Positions 58,080 through 63,412 of a stretch of 63,412 bases of DNA are shown in pieces. A program made the position numbers and the translations under genes. The notes below the pieces were generated by a model, which saw nothing but the letters and a program-made list of their open reading frames with translations, made no database searches and was not told the DNA's origin. Source of the DNA: an uncultured delta proteobacterium (GTDB taxonomy: Bacteria; Myxococcota_A; Polyangia; Fen-1088); contig CAVTRY010000009.1 in assembly GCA_963737265.1 (NCBI GenBank), positions 1 to 63,412 of the forward strand, in the 5' to 3' direction. Numbering within the stretch: the first letter of the stretch is position 1; the number at the start of each line of letters is the position of its first letter.

Positions 58080-58283
58080 GCCTGGTCGAGCCTACAACAG
58101 AGCTCCGCGCGCATCGAGGTCGCTATCCGCCACGGCCGTCCGGCCCGTTCTTCTGCGCCCATTTCGTCGCATTGCTCTTCAACCAGTTTCTGTCCGAGGT
58201 GGCGGAGTGGCGGGACGGGACCCCCGCGAGGACCTTCCGTTTTCCGCGCGAGAAACTGCTAAAGTGAAGTAGCGAAGAAGCTT

Positions 58284-61200
58284 ATGCCGGGTGAACTCCA
58301 TGCGGGCGACGGAAGGCCTCCACCGTACTCCCTTCGACCTCGCTACTTGTACCCGGCGCTCGTGTTTCTGGTCGTGGCGGTTGCCACGCTGCTGAGACCC
58401 GCGTTGACGGGCGAGGCCATCTTCGACGCCCAATTCGCGGACCGATTTCGCTCCTCAGCGAACCAGGAAAGCGGCAGGCGCGGAGAGAGTTCCGTGGATC
58501 CGGAGGTGGCAATCCTGGCTGGCGCCGCCGCGGCCGACCCTTTGCTCTCCTATCGCAAGTACTACGCTTCCGCACAAAGCGAGGATCTGAACTTGTTCGT
58601 CTGGCCGGACTATCGCTGGGTCCGCGAGAGCATCCGATCGGGTCACCTGCCGCTGTGGCGTTCGGAAATCATGGGTGGCGTGCCGCTACGGTCGGTAAGT
58701 CTATCCAGTCCGTGGTCTCCCCTGTCGTGGCCGGGCTACTTTCTGCCGCTCGTGCGAGGACGTACCGTCGTGATCCTTCTGCATCTCTGGTTGGCAGGAT
58801 TCGCCTTTCATCTTTTCCTGCTCGATCGCGGTCGGCGATGGGTGTCCGCAATCGTGGGCGGCGTGGCTTACATGCTCAACCCCCTCTCGGTGACGTACCT
58901 GGCGTACGGCGACTTCGTTCCCGTATTCGCATTGCTACCTTTGAACTTGATCGTGGTGTCCAGGCTGAATCTGGCCGTGAGACCTTGGCGCAGCGGTGCC
59001 GCGTTGGCGGCGCTGACGGCGCTGCTGTTTCTTTCGGGCGGATCTCTGTATGCCGCATACGCGGTCATGATCCAACTCGGGGCGGCCGTCGCGTTCGCGC
59101 CGCCGTCCTGGCGCGCGCGGGCGCGGGCGGCCGCGATGTGCGCCGTAGCGACCGTCGTCGGTCTTGCCGCCGCTGGAATAGAGCTGCTGCCACTTCTTGA
59201 GACGGCCGCGAACTCGCTACGGACGCCGAATAAGTACGCCGCGACGAACAGCTTGCCCGTCGAAGGACTGCTGACCTGGCTCTTTCCGCATTTTTATGGC
59301 CATCCTGGCCACGGCGATTTCGTCGGCGGCTTTCTATTTTTCCGGCATTTCTCCGGGTTCTACGGTCTGTCGCCGGGTGTAATCGTTCTGGGCCTCGCCG
59401 TCGCAGGGGCGGTCGCTACACGAGCACGCCTTGCGGCGCTGGCGCTTCTTGCGCTTCATGGCTTTCTCCTTCTGCTCGACGCTGGGCCTGCCCACGCGGC
59501 GCTCGCGCATGTGTTTCCGGGTCTCGACCGCTCTCACGTTCTCAGGCTGCTCATTGTTGGGTTCTGTTTGCAGGCTTATCTCGCCGCCCGGGGCGTGGAT
59601 GCCTTGCTGGAAGGTAGGCTTCCCCGCCGTCCGCTGTGGGCGCTCGCTGGACTGATGATCCTGGTGACTGCGGCGATGGATCTCTGGTCGCGCCTGGGCG
59701 GTGGACGCGACCCGTCCCCTCTATGGCTGCACGTGCACTACCTCGCGCGCCTTGGTTCCGTTGTTCTGGCACCGCGTGTGCTGGCGCCTCTCATCCTTAC
59801 CGGTGGCTTGTTAGTGGTCGCCACTTTGGCGGCGCGCCGGCGTCGCCTGTCGCCGTTGGCGGCGGGTGGCCTCGTGGCGTGCGTCGCCATCGAGCTGATC
59901 GTGCTCGCTCGTCCCAGCTTGCCGTCGGCGCCTGCGGCCTCCGTGGCCGGGCCGCCGGACGTGGCCGCGTTGAGAGCGGTGGCGTTGGCGCCGGGTCGGA
60001 TCGTGGGATTGACCGAAGCCGATAGCTTCCCACCGACGCTGGGCGATCATTTCCCTGCCAACACGGCCGCCATGATGGGATTCGAGGATCTTCGTGCGTT
60101 CATGCGGATTCCTCCCGAACCCATGACCGAGCTGTTAGCAACTGCCACGAAATCGGGATTTCTGGAGTTCATGGCATTTCGCGACGTCACCCTGCCGCTG
60201 TTCGATCTGCTTGACGTACGCTACGTGTTGTCGTCCTTGCCCCCTGGTGATGCCGCTCGCTTTCGGCCGCTGGCGCCGGGGATCTGGGAGAACCGCCGCG
60301 CGGTGGGCCGGTCCTTCTTCACTCGCTGTGCCGAGATCGTGCCCGATCCCGAGGCGCGCTTGCTTCGCTTGGTAGCACCTAACTTCGATCCGCTGGCGCG
60401 CGCTATCGTGGAACATTCGGTTCCAGGTTTGCCGCTTTGCGATCGGGATGAGCACGCGTTCGCCGTTCCAATCACCCGGCCCGATTCGGAGCATGTCGAA
60501 ATGTCCGTCGATGCGCCCACGGACGGGGTGGTCGTGTTGTCCGAATCGTACTTCCCCGGATGGCGTGTGGCCGTAGACGGCATCGATCAGGAAGTCCTAC
60601 GCGTAGACCATGCGCTGCGAGGCGTATTGGTTCCAACCGGCATTCATCGGATCGAGTTCAGGTACGTCCCCGGTTCATTCCGCGACGGTGCATTGCTCTC
60701 GCTATTGGCGTGGCTGGCGATCCTGATTGCAGCGTTCGGCCGCCGCCCGCGCCGGATTCCTGCTGACGACGTGTTGATCGCTGGCGGCGCGCTCGTCGTC
60801 TTGCTGGTCTTCGCTGGCGCTGCGTCGATGCCCAACGACAATGACGCTCTGTACGCAGGGGTGATACGCACCCTGAGGGATGGCGGCAGTCCTTTCCTAC
60901 TGCGGATCGGCAACGTTCCATTCCTGGACAAGCCACCCCTGTTCTTCTTCATCGGCGTCTTGCTGACCGCCGTCGCGGGCGAGACCTTGCTGGTGCTGCG
61001 GCTGTTCCCGATCCTCGCTGGCGCGTTGGGAGTCGTGCTGGTGGCGCGCGCGACTCGGCGCCTTTCCGGCTCTCGCGCTGCCGCCACGCTGGCTGGTCTG
61101 TCGCTGTTGGCGGTGCCCAGCTACTACGAGTATGCCCGTCGTATCTACATGGAGGTTCCGGTAGCGGTGCTGGGCTTTTGGGCATTCGATTTGGGTCTGC

Positions 61201-62177
61201 GCGAGCGGTGGAAGCGCTCAGGTGCGGTGGCGGGCCTGGCGTTCATGCTCAAGTCGGTTGTGGGGCTGCTCGGGTTTGCTGCGCTTGGCCTGGCGCACGT
61301 GCTGCACCGTCGAGTGCCACGTGGGCTGGTCGCCGCGGCGTTGTTGGCCATGGCCGTTCTTTTGCCGTGGCACCTGGCCGCGTACTTTGCCGATCCAGCC
61401 ATGTTCCTCGCTTTCACGGTCGATCTGCACTTGAAGCACCAGATCGCCGAGGCACAACCGTGGTCCCGCGGTGGTCCGCTGTTCTATCCAACGGTCCTAT
61501 TTACGCACGATCTCGTCATGGGGATTTTCCTGCTTGCGGGGCTCGCGCTTGGGTTGCGCGCCTGGCTTCAGCAGCGTCGATTCGAGATCGCGGCCTTGCT
61601 GCTGGCCATCGCGATCCAGCTCGTGCTGTACACGGTTTCCGCCACGAAGAAACCGTTCTACCTGCTGACAGCGTATCCCTTCATTGCCGTGCTTGGGGCC
61701 TGGTCGATGGCGCCGTGGCTGGAACGGGAGAAGCGGCGCGTACTGCTGGCCGGGCTCCTGCTCGGCGCCATTTTCGTGCTCTGCTGCGGCCGGTTTGCTC
61801 TTCCCGATCCAGCGGACGAGCAGGGCACGTACATTGCCCCCCTGGCTGCGCGTATGGGCGAACTGTCGGCGCCGGGCGAGAAGCTGTACACGATCGATAC
61901 CTACTTTTCTGCGGCGCAGTTCGCGAGTCATCGCGAAGCGATCTTCGCAGTGCCCTACACCGGTGTGCGCGACATGCTGATGCGGATTCCCTATCTACGC
62001 TATGGCGACAAGGTTGTTGTCTGGGATCCCAAGTTGCTGCGCCAGGGTGCCTGGGTTCTCGCCCCGGCTTCCGTCGCAGTCCAACTGGTCACACGCGAAC
62101 CTGCCACCCGGGTTGTCGCACGCAACGAAGGCTTCTGGCTGCTGCACGGTATGCCGACTGGCCGAGGGGCACCGTGA
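58284..62177 (+). CDS. Fusion of YfhO-family domain and ArnT/PMT-like glycosyltransferase domain
   Basis: G.LPLW...GGVP and LSESYFPGWRVAVDG...VP.G.HRIEFRYVP (YfhO); NDNDALYA, FLDKPPLFF, LRL, LK (ArnT-like). Confidence 0.8.
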   Translation: MPGELHAGDGRPPPYSLRPRYLYPALVFLVVAVATLLRPALTGEAIFDAQFADRFRSSANQESGRRGESSVDPEVAILAGAAAADPLLSYRKYYASAQSEDLNLFVWPDYRWVRESIRSGHLPLWRSEIMGGVPLRSVSLSSPWSPLSWPGYFLPLVRGRTVVILLHLWLAGFAFHLFLLDRGRRWVSAIVGGVAYMLNPLSVTYLAYGDFVPVFALLPLNLIVVSRLNLAVRPWRSGAALAALTALLFLSGGSLYAAYAVMIQLGAAVAFAPPSWRARARAAAMCAVATVVGLAAAGIELLPLLETAANSLRTPNKYAATNSLPVEGLLTWLFPHFYGHPGHGDFVGGFLFFRHFSGFYGLSPGVIVLGLAVAGAVATRARLAALALLALHGFLLLLDAGPAHAALAHVFPGLDRSHVLRLLIVGFCLQAYLAARGVDALLEGRLPRRPLWALAGLMILVTAAMDLWSRLGGGRDPSPLWLHVHYLARLGSVVLAPRVLAPLILTGGLLVVATLAARRRRLSPLAAGGLVACVAIELIVLARPSLPSAPAASVAGPPDVAALRAVALAPGRIVGLTEADSFPPTLGDHFPANTAAMMGFEDLRAFMRIPPEPMTELLATATKSGFLEFMAFRDVTLPLFDLLDVRYVLSSLPPGDAARFRPLAPGIWENRRAVGRSFFTRCAEIVPDPEARLLRLVAPNFDPLARAIVEHSVPGLPLCDRDEHAFAVPITRPDSEHVEMSVDAPTDGVVVLSESYFPGWRVAVDGIDQEVLRVDHALRGVLVPTGIHRIEFRYVPGSFRDGALLSLLAWLAILIAAFGRRPRRIPADDVLIAGGALVVLLVFAGAASMPNDNDALYAGVIRTLRDGGSPFLLRIGNVPFLDKPPLFFFIGVLLTAVAGETLLVLRLFPILAGALGVVLVARATRRLSGSRAAATLAGLSLLAVPSYYEYARRIYMEVPVAVLGFWAFDLGLRERWKRSGAVAGLAFMLKSVVGLLGFAALGLAHVLHRRVPRGLVAAALLAMAVLLPWHLAAYFADPAMFLAFTVDLHLKHQIAEAQPWSRGGPLFYPTVLFTHDLVMGIFLLAGLALGLRAWLQQRRFEIAALLLAIAIQLVLYTVSATKKPFYLLTAYPFIAVLGAWSMAPWLEREKRRVLLAGLLLGAIFVLCCGRFALPDPADEQGTYIAPLAARMGELSAPGEKLYTIDTYFSAAQFASHREAIFAVPYTGVRDMLMRIPYLRYGDKVVVWDPKLLRQGAWVLAPASVAVQLVTREPATRVVARNEGFWLLHGMPTGRGAP

Positions 62178-63412
62178 CGGCCGGAAGGAGCAGGCTGCTC
62201 CTGCTGGTGTTGGTGGCTGTGGCTTTAGGGACCATCGCTGGTTTCCTGGTGCCGCGGTTGAGGGACGACTGGCGCGTGTCGCGGGTTCTTCGTCGGGGCG
62301 AGCAAGTGCGCGACGCCTGGATGTCGCTTGTATCCATGCCACCGGATCCATCCGGAACCTATGTTGCGGTGATAGGTCCCTCCGCTTCGGCTTGGGCAGA
62401 GTTGCTGGTCGCCGCAGGACTGCCCCAGCCAGTCACCATCGAGGCCGGCGCCGGACTGTCGTCGCTGTCCACAGGATATCGGCTCGTGATCTTGCCCGGG
62501 GGAAGCCTCTCAAGCGAGGCTCTCTCTACACTCTCGTCGGATGGGCGCGCCGTCATCGTCCTTGAGCAGCCCAATCGTGACGCCGGTGTGTCGCTGGCAC
62601 GGCTTGCGACAAACGTCGCTTTTCCGTTGGACGGAGCCCGCATCCGTCGCCTCGATTTGTTGCCGGGCGAATCCCCTTTCATGGTGGCTGACGACGGCGA
62701 CCTGCTGGGCACCGTACGGTCCAGCGGGCAGGGTTTGATCGTTCGCTTGGGGCTCGACGTTGCGATGCACCTGATGCGCATGCGGAGAGGTCTTCCGGCT
62801 CGCGCTGGAAGAGACTCCGATGGCAATGGCCAGCTCCAACCTTCCGATCTACTTGAGAATGTCCCAGGCGCGATCGCCGAACGGCCCTGGGCAGATCAGG
62901 TTGTCGACGGGCTGCTGTCAACTGTTGCAATGCACTGGCCGACTTGTCCACTGCCACGCAGCCGTGGTCTGCCAGCCGGCATGCGTGCCGTCGTCGTTCT
63001 CACGTCGGACCAGGACTACGCGACCGATGAATTCGTTGACTTGATGGCAATGTGGTTGGAGGAGAGGGACGCCCGAGCGACCTTTCTACTGACGGACCCT
63101 GAGATAGGACTCGCGCCCGATCTCAATCGCGATGAGTTCGGCCACGCTCCGATGCTGGCGGCATCCACGGCCGCGTCCCTGGTCGCGAGAGGATTCGGTC
63201 TGGGCGTCCATCCTTTCCCTCGGGATCCCAACGACATTGCGGACGTCGCGGCAAGCTTCGTCAAGCGGCTGGGGCTGATGCCACTGGTGACCCGCAATCA
63301 CCATCTGCGATGGCCGGACTTCGACGGTATGGCCCGAGCAGAGGTGGCGGCGGGAGCAATCCTCGATCTGAATCTAATGCCGGTCTCCGCGTCGGGGAAT
63401 CCGGCCGTCGGG
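62174..63412 (+). CDS. Membrane-anchored protein with polysaccharide-deacetylase-like domain, truncated by window end
   Basis: GTG overlaps previous stop; open to window end; N-terminal TM; VVLTSDQD, ATFLL, GLGVH, RNHHLRW. Confidence 0.65.
   Translation, partial: MTAGRSRLLLLVLVAVALGTIAGFLVPRLRDDWRVSRVLRRGEQVRDAWMSLVSMPPDPSGTYVAVIGPSASAWAELLVAAGLPQPVTIEAGAGLSSLSTGYRLVILPGGSLSSEALSTLSSDGRAVIVLEQPNRDAGVSLARLATNVAFPLDGARIRRLDLLPGESPFMVADDGDLLGTVRSSGQGLIVRLGLDVAMHLMRMRRGLPARAGRDSDGNGQLQPSDLLENVPGAIAERPWADQVVDGLLSTVAMHWPTCPLPRSRGLPAGMRAVVVLTSDQDYATDEFVDLMAMWLEERDARATFLLTDPEIGLAPDLNRDEFGHAPMLAASTAASLVARGFGLGVHPFPRDPNDIADVAASFVKRLGLMPLVTRNHHLRWPDFDGMARAEVAAGAILDLNLMPVSASGNPAVG

Noticed and set aside
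57108-58262. 384-aa ORF as one real protein
   Set aside because: Only the first ~110 aa look like DUF3226; the rest is antisense read-through of 57474-58079

Overview
High-GC chromosomal window whose gene content points to a Myxococcota (Polyangia-like) bacterium: fibro-slime/Cys-rich repeat proteins, a TIGR04552-like protein, an AgmX/PglI-type domain and an ECF sigma module. The taxon is inferred from gene content only. It is mostly housekeeping and envelope genes: mutS2, DyP peroxidase, two tandem hemerythrins, ftsE-ftsX-envC-like, B12-dependent nrdJ with two NrdR boxes, MoxR-DUF58-BatA, rimI, engB, coaE, M16 peptidase, manC-PMM, an old yellow enzyme and GT-C-type glycosyltransferases, plus a polysaccharide-related cluster at about 36-46 kb. 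No rRNA, tRNA, cas gene or intact transposase was seen. The most interesting signals are: (1) two distant paralogues with RelA/SpoT synthetase-like motifs, one divergent and lying directly behind manC-PMM; (2) a 7-unit, ~42-bp-period palindromic DNA array directly upstream of a decayed ABC-ATPase + Toprim-like (DUF3226-type) pair; (3) small non-autonomous intergenic elements, including an internally deleted four-helix-bundle gene inside inverted heptamer repeats and an insertion that duplicated the ftsX stop/envC start junction. The first 1.3 kb is a mosaic of three broken genes and may be an assembly artefact. All family assignments come from motif recognition by eye; no database searches were run.
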